Below, one piece after another: positions 44,623 through 53,310 of a stretch of DNA of 64,000 nucleotides. The translations under genes were made by a program, and so were the position numbers. The DNA comes from Oscillospiraceae bacterium (GTDB lineage: Bacteria; Bacillota; Clostridia; UBA1381; UBA9506). Position 1 is the first letter of the stretch. Every line of letters starts with the position of its first letter. The notes beneath the pieces are model-generated. The model worked only from the letters and a program-made list of their open reading frames with translations, did no database searches and was not told where the DNA came from. The stretch is from assembly GCA_015068865.1 (NCBI GenBank), contig SVJT01000001.1, positions 6,040 through 70,039 of the forward strand, given 5' to 3'.

Positions 44623-46878
44623 TTAATTCTTCTTTTGTTGATTGATATATTCCGAAGGACTCATCCCCAGCCGTTTTTTGAATACGCGGCGAAAGCTGAT
44701 GTCACTCAGGTAGCCTACCGCTTCGGCAACATCCTTAACCGGCATCCGGCTATCCAATAATTGACATGCCTTTTCTATGCGGATTCGCTCCAGATAAGAA
44801 GAGAAATTCTCTCCCATAAACTTTTTAAACATTTTGGAGATATATGTGCTGTCACTCATACCAAAGGCGGCAGCCAATGTATCACGAGATAACTCATTAC
44901 TGGTATAGTTCTCCTGGATATACTCCAGCATTTTGTTAAATTGACCGTTGTGGGAACTCTCTTCAAAAACTTTCACATTTTCACAAGCCGCAAACACAAA
45001 GTCACGAGCATATTCAAAGAAGCTTTTGATAGTGAAGTCACCCAAACGGTAACTCACACGTTCTTCGTCTTTAAAATAGGTCTGACGAACCTTGTTAAGG
45101 GAAGAATATATTTCGCTCAACAGCTCCTCCATTCGCAAGCAAGACAAACTTCTCTTAACAAAATTTTCTTCATATATTAAATCCAGAATCTTAGTTGCCT
45201 CGTTTACTTTTCCTGCCGCAATCGCTGTAATTAAGCCATTTTCAACCTCCAACGGGAAATGATACATCGTCTGGTCCTGAGGCAGTTCCTCATAAAACAG
45301 CTTATCCTTCGTGCCGGTCATATGGTTATAAGACACAATTTCACGCGCACAGCGATATGCCTCCGCAATATCGCAAAGACGGTCTGTGGACGTTCCGACA
45401 CCCAACAAAACTTCCATCCGGTAGCGATAGAAGACTTCCAGATTCATATTGACCAGCTGGTTTTTCAATCGCCGCAAAAATACCTTCGGTTCTTCATCAA
45501 AACCCAGCAAAACAGCCAGTGTTTTGGCATCTGCAATATAAATATACAGATTGTCACCTAAAAATTCTTCCAAAGCATGGGTTAAGAATATGTTTTTATT
45601 GCTCTCGCCCTCCACATTATAAACCGCCGCAGAACGCAATGCCAACACCGTAAAATGCTTGTAGTTCAGTTTCAGGCCGCTGTCTGCCACCAGACGCTCC
45701 GCCGCCGCCTCATCCTCTAGCGAGCCGGAAAGCAAAAAGTGCAACACTTTATAGTCACTTCGGTCATCCAATTTGTCCATACTTTCCTTAATTTGGCGGT
45801 TCTGATCTAACAAATCGCCAATATAAGGCTGCCAAAAATCAAACTCATTGGTTTTCAGCGCAGACACTAAGGGTCTTTTTTCAATTCCTAACATATGCAT
45901 GAGCCGTTGATAGGATTTATTACGACCATAGGTAAAATAAACGCAAAGAAGGCATCCAAGCAAAAAGGCAAGAATATTAATTGCACTTAAAATGCCGTTA
46001 ACGGAAACCATATCCTGCATAATATAATCGTAGTCAATAAAAATATGATACTGCCAACGACGTTGTGAACCGTGCAGAACAAAATGATACAGTTTCTTTC
46101 CGTCTATTTCAATAGACCGGTAGCTATCTTTTCCCTCTGTTTTCTGCACCGCATCTCTATATTTCTCTCCTTGGCTCAAAAGCAGCTCTCCATCGTTGGT
46201 TGTGACATAAATTTCGCCATTTCCTTCTGATAAAATAGCATCGAAGGAAGAAAGCAGCTGTTCCACATTGATTACTGCCGTTATGCTTCCTTCCTGTTGG
46301 GAAGGAGAATTCAGCGGCATAACACGGCTATAGGTCAAAAAAGGATATCGGCTTCTGTTCACCATCAAATCTCTCTGCTTTCCATAGCCATTTTCCCAAA
46401 GTTTCTCTTCAAAATCCTGTTTCCATTCTTCTGCTGTTTCCAAATCCGCCGGATGATATGACAGCAAAAAATCCTCCGGCTTTGAATAATAGTTTGAAGT
46501 ATCAATCAAAATATTGGAACCGGCACTGTACATATACAATTTTTCCGTTACACCATCTTCAATGTAATACGATGCCAGTCCTTTTTGAAGCTCTTTAATT
46601 TCAAAATAAGACAGATCTTCTTTCTCATAAAAAACACGGAATGCATCATTCAGCGAAATGCGGTAAATTACATCTTCAATCTGTTTCAGATTGGCTTCTG
46701 TCATATTAATATTATTGGTCAAGCTGTTATCAACCATCGCCAACATTCTTTTTTCATTATTCTGAATAACATACGCATTAGAAAACCACCAAATCAAAAT
46801 CGGCACAAGTAAAACGCAGGCATATGGCAGAATTAAATTGATGAATACACGAGTGTTTGAATCTTTCGCTTTTTTCAT
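44623..46878 (-). CDS. Transmembrane one-component regulator: N-terminal TM - extracytoplasmic sensor domain - TM - cytoplasmic linker - C-terminal AraC/XylS HTH
   Basis: C-terminal AraC HTH pair (YISKMFKKFMGENFSSYLERIRIEKACQLL ... VAEAVGYLSDISFRRVFKKRLGMSPSEY). Two hydrophobic helices (VFINLILPYACVLLVPILIWWF and ILSAINILAFLLGCLLCVYFTY) flank about 270 aa. Start moved to ATG 46878 (SD AGGAGCAG), making 751 aa. Confidence 0.8.
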   Translation of the reverse strand: MKKAKDSNTRVFINLILPYACVLLVPILIWWFSNAYVIQNNEKRMLAMVDNSLTNNINMTEANLKQIEDVIYRISLNDAFRVFYEKEDLSYFEIKELQKGLASYYIEDGVTEKLYMYSAGSNILIDTSNYYSKPEDFLLSYHPADLETAEEWKQDFEEKLWENGYGKQRDLMVNRSRYPFLTYSRVMPLNSPSQQEGSITAVINVEQLLSSFDAILSEGNGEIYVTTNDGELLLSQGEKYRDAVQKTEGKDSYRSIEIDGKKLYHFVLHGSQRRWQYHIFIDYDYIMQDMVSVNGILSAINILAFLLGCLLCVYFTYGRNKSYQRLMHMLGIEKRPLVSALKTNEFDFWQPYIGDLLDQNRQIKESMDKLDDRSDYKVLHFLLSGSLEDEAAAERLVADSGLKLNYKHFTVLALRSAAVYNVEGESNKNIFLTHALEEFLGDNLYIYIADAKTLAVLLGFDEEPKVFLRRLKNQLVNMNLEVFYRYRMEVLLGVGTSTDRLCDIAEAYRCAREIVSYNHMTGTKDKLFYEELPQDQTMYHFPLEVENGLITAIAAGKVNEATKILDLIYEENFVKRSLSCLRMEELLSEIYSSLNKVRQTYFKDEERVSYRLGDFTIKSFFEYARDFVFAACENVKVFEESSHNGQFNKMLEYIQENYTSNELSRDTLAAAFGMSDSTYISKMFKKFMGENFSSYLERIRIEKACQLLDSRMPVKDVAEAVGYLSDISFRRVFKKRLGMSPSEYINQQKKN

Positions 46879-46996
46879 GCTCTCTGCTCCTCTTGATGCA
46901 TAAATCTCAATTTTGAGCATAGAAAAATAAAGCTCATGCCCAAAATCGCACAGCTTTATCCATGTTGGCGGCAAATTTTCAGTTCAACTATTTTTG

Positions 46997-47025
46997 ATTA
47001 TAACAAACTTTCTGACGATAGTCAA
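46997..47025 (-). promoter_or_regulatory. Sigma-A-type promoter of the AraC-family regulator gene
   Basis: Minus strand reads TTGACT (47025-47020), a 17-nt spacer, then TATAAT (47002-46997). This leaves a 5' UTR of about 110 nt. Confidence 0.65.
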
Positions 47026-47037
47026 GAAGAAAAAACA

Positions 47038-47080
47038 AGAAAAGGAAGGTCTGTTGCCTCACGGTCAATGCCTTCCTTTT
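47038..47080 (-). terminator. Candidate terminator after the M23 peptidase gene
   Basis: aaggaagg / ccttcctt stem with a large (~21 nt) loop directly after stop 47083, followed by a T-rich run on the minus strand. Confidence 0.4.
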
Positions 47081-47082
47081 TC

Positions 47083-48708
47083 TTAATTTATACTGCTGTA
47101 ATATTGTGTTGGATCCACAGGACAGCCGTTCTTATGCACTTCAAAATGAAGATGGGGACCGGTGCTTCGCCCTGTATTTCCGACTGTTGCAATCACATCG
47201 CCCTTGGCGACAACGGCACCTGCCGGCACCAATAATTCATTACAATGTGCATAGTATGTGACCACACCGTTTCCATGGTCTATCTGAAGCAGATAGCCGA
47301 ATCCGCCATCATTATATTGCGAATAAATCACCGTTCCGTTATCGGCCGCATAAATATTTGTGCCTACATCGGCAGAAATATCAATACCGTTATGCTTTCT
47401 GCCCCAGCGACTGCCAAAACGGGATGTCAAAACCCCGTCAGAGGGCATCGTCATCCGACCGCTTCCTATAGAAGGCGGCAATTCTTTTGTCCCCTTTGTG
47501 ACAACTCGGTCCACTGCCGCAGAAAGTGTTTGTTCGGATATGACTTTACGGTCCGTTTCGACACCGTTTACCGCTGTGATATATGCTTCTACCGTTCTCG
47601 CACCGGGTGCACCCTCCTGTTCTACCGTGATGCTGCCCTGATATTTGGTATTATCTTCATTTTCAATGGTTTTAAAGGGAATTTCTTCCTGAATCCTCTG
47701 TAATTCGACGGTTTTAACCGACAGCAGAGCTTCCCCTGTGCGGATAACCAGTCGGTCGTTATGGATATTCTCTTCGTCTGCTATATAGTTTGAACGCAAA
47801 ATGCTCTCTACCGTAACACCATACGTTGCTGCTACCTGATCGATTGTTTCATTCTCCGAAAGAAGATGAACTGTTTCCCGTCCTGTAAGCAACGCCTCCA
47901 TAGCACTGTCGGTTGTTTTTAATGCTTTTTTCGGAACAAATCGGTGCGCCACTGTTACCTGCTCACAAAATTCTGCCTGTACTCCTTCGCGACCGCCTGT
48001 AAATTCAGTTTTATAGTCTTCCAGCACCGAAAGTGCAGATTCTTTATTCGGCAACGCAAACAAAATTTCTTCGTTGGCATACACCGCATAGGCAGGAATC
48101 ATTGTTTCGTCTGTAGCTTTTAATCGTTCTTTTATATCTCTTTCATCGCTGAAGCCGTTTTTAGGAACAAGTTTAGTTGCAAAAGAAACCGTACCAGGAT
48201 GAAAAGAGTCTGCCCCAACATAGGCAAGCTCACCGTTAATTTCATCCAACAAACGTTGACAATCTGCTTTCTGTCTTAAAACACCAACGGTTTCACCGTC
48301 GACGGTTGCAACATAACCGATACTGCAGGTGCTGACCAGCAGCCCAATGGCAATCACTGCCACCGCGGCCGAAACACCACCGGCGAACGCCAGCTCCTTG
48401 ACTTTTTCCTGCAACTGCGCCCGGAGCGCCGAGACGCCGCTTACAAATGCTGTTTTTGTTTTAGCAAGCCAATGCTTTATCGTTCCCATAAAACCGCCTG
48501 AGAAATCTTTTCCCAAAGCCGGACGGAATCGAAGGGCATCGCTGAGCCGTGTATGCTGGGCTAAAAGCGAACAATCAATCGATGTTTTTGCTTTTTTCTT
48601 TACTTTTAATACGGTATGGGATCCTTGCGCATAAAACTGCGACGGTACTTTTTCAATTCGTTTAACCGTAACAAACATTCGACTGTTCACTTTCTCACCC
48701 CTTTTCAT
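47083..48708 (-). CDS. M23 family peptidoglycan DD-metalloendopeptidase with LysM-like and G5-like modules
   Basis: C-terminal HNGIDISADVGTNIYAADNGTV ... IDHGNGVVTYYAHCN ... GNTGRSTGPHLHFEV (M23 HxxxD / HxH motifs). The start is uncertain: ATG 48708 has no SD, whereas GTG 48690 follows GGGGTGAG. Confidence 0.8.
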   Translation of the reverse strand: MKRGEKVNSRMFVTVKRIEKVPSQFYAQGSHTVLKVKKKAKTSIDCSLLAQHTRLSDALRFRPALGKDFSGGFMGTIKHWLAKTKTAFVSGVSALRAQLQEKVKELAFAGGVSAAVAVIAIGLLVSTCSIGYVATVDGETVGVLRQKADCQRLLDEINGELAYVGADSFHPGTVSFATKLVPKNGFSDERDIKERLKATDETMIPAYAVYANEEILFALPNKESALSVLEDYKTEFTGGREGVQAEFCEQVTVAHRFVPKKALKTTDSAMEALLTGRETVHLLSENETIDQVAATYGVTVESILRSNYIADEENIHNDRLVIRTGEALLSVKTVELQRIQEEIPFKTIENEDNTKYQGSITVEQEGAPGARTVEAYITAVNGVETDRKVISEQTLSAAVDRVVTKGTKELPPSIGSGRMTMPSDGVLTSRFGSRWGRKHNGIDISADVGTNIYAADNGTVIYSQYNDGGFGYLLQIDHGNGVVTYYAHCNELLVPAGAVVAKGDVIATVGNTGRSTGPHLHFEVHKNGCPVDPTQYYSSIN

Positions 48709-48770
48709 CGGTTATTATCAGTATATGCAAATATTAACAAAATTATTACAAAATTATTAAATACCTTCTT

Positions 48771-48799
48771 ATTTTACAATACTTTTTTAATAATTGCAA
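48771..48799 (-). promoter_or_regulatory. Sigma-A-type promoter of the M23 peptidase gene
   Basis: Minus strand reads TTGCAA (48799-48794), a 17-nt spacer, then TAAAAT (48776-48771). Confidence 0.6.
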
Positions 48800-48851
48800 G
48801 CTTTTTGATGTAAATTCTTTATGAACAGCCGTTTTTTTCCTTATATAATAG

Positions 48852-48875
48852 AAAAAACCGCCAAAATGACGGTTT
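48852..48875 (-). terminator. Intrinsic terminator ending the housekeeping operon (after the pseudouridine synthase gene)
   Basis: The minus-strand RNA forms AAACCGUC-AUUUU-GGCGGUUU followed by a U-run. Confidence 0.6.
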
Positions 48876-48981
48876 CAGACTGTCGAAAAAGTCAGGTCTA
48901 CCACAAGCAACAGAAGAAAAAAAGAAAATTAAGCCAAAACTAAAAGAAATACGTTTTTATCCAAAACAGAGCGGTTTTTCA

Positions 48982-49893
48982 TTAAACAAACGGATTATTA
49001 TTTTCCAAGGCAATCCTTTTTCCCTTAAGATATTGCAAAATGCCGGCATCCGTTTCAAAACAAAACGTCAGGCTGTAGGCGCAAAGAGCCTGATAGCGAT
49101 AACGGCTGTCTTTTTGGGCACCATACTTGGTGTCGCCCACCAGAGGATGTCCCAAAGCCGCCAGCTGCACTCTGATTTGATGCTTGCGACCTGTTATGAG
49201 CTTTATATGCAAAAGACTTTCTTTTGCCCGTTCTTCCAACACCTCATACTCTAAAATGGCTTCTTTGGCATTTCGGGTGCCCTTTGGCACAACAGAGACC
49301 TTGTTTTCCGTTTCGCTGATTAAAAGCCAGTTTGTGAGCTTTTTTTTCTTCGCTTTCGGCACGCCGTTGACAAGGCAAAGATATTCTTTGGTCACCTGAC
49401 CCTCTTTTATTTTTTCGTTGAGTTCTCTTTGTGCCTGTGCATTTTTGGCAAGCAACACAAGTCCGGCTGTGTTCCGGTCTAACCGATTGGATAAAGCCGG
49501 TGTGAAGCTTTGTTCCTTTTGCGGATTATACTCACCCTTTTGATATAAATAGCTTTGTAATTGGGATAACAGCGAGGTTTCGTCTCCGTGAGCCTTTTGA
49601 CCGACCGGCTTATAAGCCGCGAGAATATTATCATCCTCATACACCACCAAAAGACCTTCCGATTCGGCTTTCGGAACTGCTTTTTCTGTAAAAAACTCAT
49701 CATTAATGTACAGATACAGCTCATCCCCTGCCGAAAGAACATCTTGTGCCGTCAGCGCCTTTTTGTTACGTTTAATGCGCTTTTTGCGAAGCTGTTTATA
49801 TAAAAGACTTTTGGGCATTGCAGGCAAAAATTTTGTTAAAAACTTATCCACACGCTGCCCGCTGTCGTTTTCGTTTACCGTAATTATTTTCAT
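48982..49893 (-). CDS. RluA-family 23S rRNA pseudouridine synthase (S4 domain plus catalytic domain)
   Basis: GQRVDKFLTKFLP... S4-like N-terminus, NRLDRNTAGLVLLAKN (catalytic Asp motif), and HQIRVQLAALGHPLVGDTKYG. ATG 49893 is preferred over the GTG at 49920. Confidence 0.85.
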   Translation of the reverse strand: MKIITVNENDSGQRVDKFLTKFLPAMPKSLLYKQLRKKRIKRNKKALTAQDVLSAGDELYLYINDEFFTEKAVPKAESEGLLVVYEDDNILAAYKPVGQKAHGDETSLLSQLQSYLYQKGEYNPQKEQSFTPALSNRLDRNTAGLVLLAKNAQAQRELNEKIKEGQVTKEYLCLVNGVPKAKKKKLTNWLLISETENKVSVVPKGTRNAKEAILEYEVLEERAKESLLHIKLITGRKHQIRVQLAALGHPLVGDTKYGAQKDSRYRYQALCAYSLTFCFETDAGILQYLKGKRIALENNNPFV

Positions 49894-49961
49894 CCTATCA
49901 CATCCACCGTTAAAAGACACGCACCAAAAAAATGCCGTGAATATGTATAATCTTTCGTCAA

Positions 49962-50579
49962 TTATCTCGGGAGCACTATTTTATCAGGGTATAAATCAGC
50001 CATGGAAATAAACAGAGGCTTTAATTGTTTTTTTGTTGTTTTGATTCTAAAGGCCTTATCCCCGTCATAGTAAACATTGACTCCATAGGTCACCGAATTC
50101 CTATTCCGTCCAACCGATGGCTCAATTTTCCGCACTGTATCCGCTTTCACAAGGAAGACATTCAAGCCTTCAAAATATAATAAAAAATTCCTGCAGCACC
50201 ACAAGTCTGCACCTTTAACATGGGGATTTTTCCCCACCTCCGAAAACAGCGAATCAATTTCTTCCGGATGACCAAATTGCTCTGCGGTTTTTATCAGCTT
50301 CTTATATTCATCATCGCATATAAACGATTTAGTTTTGTCATATACAAAATACAGAAAAATACACCCCAAAAGCACGCCCACCGAAGACAATAACCAGGAC
50401 GGAATAGGTATCCCACCGTCAATGCCTTTTAAGCCCAGTCTCCAATGGGCTTCTGTTGAAAAACCCTCATCCACTGCAAACACAATCATCAGAATTGCAA
50501 AGAATAACAGAAATAACGCCCACATTAAATTTCTCATTTTAAGTTTTCCCTTAATCCAGGTAAAACAGCTTTTTTTCAT
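49962..50579 (-). CDS. Hypothetical membrane protein (two TM helices plus a cytoplasmic domain)
   Basis: ATG 50579 is preceded by GGAGGG. The track start at 50594 is TTG. No recognisable motif. Confidence 0.6.
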   Translation of the reverse strand: MKKSCFTWIKGKLKMRNLMWALFLLFFAILMIVFAVDEGFSTEAHWRLGLKGIDGGIPIPSWLLSSVGVLLGCIFLYFVYDKTKSFICDDEYKKLIKTAEQFGHPEEIDSLFSEVGKNPHVKGADLWCCRNFLLYFEGLNVFLVKADTVRKIEPSVGRNRNSVTYGVNVYYDGDKAFRIKTTKKQLKPLFISMADLYPDKIVLPR

Positions 50580-50644
50580 ATGTTTTCCCTCCAAAAAAAT
50601 TTAGAATATATTTGAAATCTTCCGCCGAACCGCAAATCCCTTTG

Positions 50645-52171
50645 TTACATAAGCGGCGCAAGCAAGCGCAACACCATTTGCAAAATTCGTTTAAACAGAC
50701 CCAATTTACAATCTGATACTTCAATTTTTTTGCACTTTTTTAAAGTTTCAGTAAAGTCTTTGCGAATATGCCGAATGGCTCTGCAGCCACATAGCCAGGT
50801 TGCACATTCAAAATGCAAAAACAGGCTGCGACAATCCATATTCACGGTTCCCACCACGGCAACTGCATCATCGGCGGCCATTACTTTAGAATGAATAAAC
50901 CCGGGAGTATATTCATAAATTGCAACGCCACCCTCCAAAAGCTCACGATAATAAGAACGGGTGGTCATATGGGCATACCATTTATCCGGTACACCGGGCG
51001 TCATAATACGGACATCCACGCCGTTTTTCGCCGCCAGAATTAATGCCGCCACCATAGCATCATCTATAATCAAATACGGGGTTTCTATATACAGATATTC
51101 TCTGGCTCCATGAATCAGATTCATATAGGCTCGCTCGTTGACATATTCCCCATCCACAGGACTGTCACAAAAAGGAATGACAAAGCCTTCATCCATGTCC
51201 GGAGCCGGTAGGGATAAAAATACTTCCGGTTTCACTTCTTCACCGGTCAAGGTCTGCCACATGGTTAAAAACATAAGGGTAAAGCTGTTGACTGCGTGCC
51301 CTCTGTGCATCACCGCCGCATCTTTCCAATGCTTAAACCGTTCAATTTCATTGATATACTCATCTGCCAGATTGATGCCGCCGGTAAAGGCCACCCGACC
51401 GTCTATCACCATAATTTTTCGGTGATCCCGGTGATTTTGCAAGGTGCTGAGCACCGGTCGGAATTTGTTAAACACCACACAACGTATGCCGAAAGCCTCC
51501 AGCTGCTTCTGATAATCAAGAGGCAGCAGCATAAAACAACCCATATCATCATAAATCAGCCGCACATCCACACCGCAAGCCGCTTTGCGTTTTAAAACAT
51601 CTAAAATGGAATTCCAGAAACGTCCTTCCTGAATGATAAAATACTCTAAAAAAATAAATTTTTCCGCCTGCTCTAATTCTGCAAGCATCTTTTCAAAACA
51701 ACGCTCACCGGGAGACAGATATTCTGTCCCTCCGTTTTCATAGGCACGAAAACCACAGGTTTTTGTTAAATAGCTGTATTGATTGGCATAAACAGGCCAT
51801 TTTGCCGATAACTGTTTATATGTTTTAACATCCTGCACAAAATGAGGCTCCATCACTTGCTCCGTTGCGGAAAGCCGCCGTTTAAAGGACATGGTAAAGC
51901 CCTGCAATTCCACCATAAGATATAGCAGTCCGCCAAAGAGAGGAAAGGTCAGAATGATGACCGACCACAGCAGTTTCGTTCCGCTGCGGGCACCGGTTGA
52001 AATGATGTGTAAAACCGTCACCGTGCTGATCAGCGTTAATCCTTGATGAATCCAATGATAGGTGCGGCTGGAGCTATACACCATAAAAATCATTAAAATA
52101 ACTTGCAACAAAAGAGACAAAACTACCGCTACACGGCGGCGGAACAATAACCGAATCCATTTTTTCTGCAT
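50645..52171 (-). CDS. cls: Cardiolipin synthase (PLD superfamily)
   Basis: Two HKD motifs: HRKIMVIDGRVAFTGGINLADEY and HSKVMAADDAVAVVGTVNMDCRS. N-terminal TM helices. 508 aa. Confidence 0.9.
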   Translation of the reverse strand: MQKKWIRLLFRRRVAVVLSLLLQVILMIFMVYSSSRTYHWIHQGLTLISTVTVLHIISTGARSGTKLLWSVIILTFPLFGGLLYLMVELQGFTMSFKRRLSATEQVMEPHFVQDVKTYKQLSAKWPVYANQYSYLTKTCGFRAYENGGTEYLSPGERCFEKMLAELEQAEKFIFLEYFIIQEGRFWNSILDVLKRKAACGVDVRLIYDDMGCFMLLPLDYQKQLEAFGIRCVVFNKFRPVLSTLQNHRDHRKIMVIDGRVAFTGGINLADEYINEIERFKHWKDAAVMHRGHAVNSFTLMFLTMWQTLTGEEVKPEVFLSLPAPDMDEGFVIPFCDSPVDGEYVNERAYMNLIHGAREYLYIETPYLIIDDAMVAALILAAKNGVDVRIMTPGVPDKWYAHMTTRSYYRELLEGGVAIYEYTPGFIHSKVMAADDAVAVVGTVNMDCRSLFLHFECATWLCGCRAIRHIRKDFTETLKKCKKIEVSDCKLGLFKRILQMVLRLLAPLM

Positions 52172-52197
52172 GGTTTCACACTCCTTTTAAAGAGCCA

Positions 52198-53310
52198 TCA
52201 CACAAATTCACAAAATACGCCGTTTGAAACGTCAATCCCCCGTTCCGTCAGCCGGATTCTGTCATTCTCTTCTTCTAATAATCCCAAACGGCACAGTTTT
52301 TCAAGCTGTTTACCGTAAATTTCATCTATCAAAACACCAAAAACCCGTAAAAACTCTTGTTTGGAAATACCTTCCTTTGTCATTCTGAGACCTAAAAACA
52401 TAAACTCTGCCATGGCATCTTTTTCTGTTATAGCTTCGCCGACTCTTTCCTTTTCTTTTCGGCACACTGCATAATAACCAGAGAAAGAGGAGGGGTTTTC
52501 AAACCGCCTGCCCTCCCAAAAGGAGTGGGCCGCCGCCCCTAAGCCGATATATGGCTCACGGGTCCAGTATTTGGTGTTGTGTCGAGCCTCTTTGCCCGGT
52601 TTTGAAAAATTGGAAATTTCATAGCGCTCATAACCGGCTTCTTCTAACGTTTCCACTAAAAGAGCATAAAAGTCCCGGTCTTCATCCTCATCAGGCAATA
52701 ACAGTTTACCCTGAGAAACCGCCTGTTCTATGGGGGTATTTTCGCAAACAATTAAAGAATAGCTTGAAATGTGGGTTGGCTGTAAGCCTATTGCCTCATT
52801 AATACTGTATAAAAAGCTCTCTTTGGTTTGCAACGGAATGGAAAACATTAAATCAAGGCTCACATTTAAAATACCGGCATCTTTGGCACTTTGAACTGCC
52901 ATTTTTGCCTCTTTAGCCGAATGAATTCTGCCTAAGGCTTTCAGTTCTTCATCCACAAAAGACTGCACTCCCAGGCTGACGCGATTTACCCCTATTTGCC
53001 TGAGCTTTTCAAAATATGCCCCATCACAGGTACCGGGGTTTGCCTCCACGGTGATTTCAGCATCGGGCAAAATAATAAAATTTTCTTTCACGCCCAAAAG
53101 AATCCGGATAAGCAAATGAGGCGGAAGCACTGTCGGCGTCCCGCCCCCTATATACACTGTATCCACGGCTGTGCCTTTATATGCTTTCATCTCTAAAAGC
53201 AGGGCGTTAACATAGTTTTCTCCCTCTGCCAACCGGTTCTCGTAGGACACGAAGTCACAATAGGCACATTTTTTAAGGCAAAAGGGAATGTGAATATATA
53301 AACCGTTCAT
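52198..53310 (-). CDS. hemW: Radical SAM heme chaperone HemW (HemN-like, oxygen-independent coproporphyrinogen oxidase family)
   Basis: [20 protein letters not shown] CxxxCxxC motif. 370 aa. Conserved position immediately downstream of lepA, with a 1-nt overlap (TAATG). Confidence 0.9.
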   Translation of the reverse strand: MNGLYIHIPFCLKKCAYCDFVSYENRLAEGENYVNALLLEMKAYKGTAVDTVYIGGGTPTVLPPHLLIRILLGVKENFIILPDAEITVEANPGTCDGAYFEKLRQIGVNRVSLGVQSFVDEELKALGRIHSAKEAKMAVQSAKDAGILNVSLDLMFSIPLQTKESFLYSINEAIGLQPTHISSYSLIVCENTPIEQAVSQGKLLLPDEDEDRDFYALLVETLEEAGYERYEISNFSKPGKEARHNTKYWTREPYIGLGAAAHSFWEGRRFENPSSFSGYYAVCRKEKERVGEAITEKDAMAEFMFLGLRMTKEGISKQEFLRVFGVLIDEIYGKQLEKLCRLGLLEEENDRIRLTERGIDVSNGVFCEFV

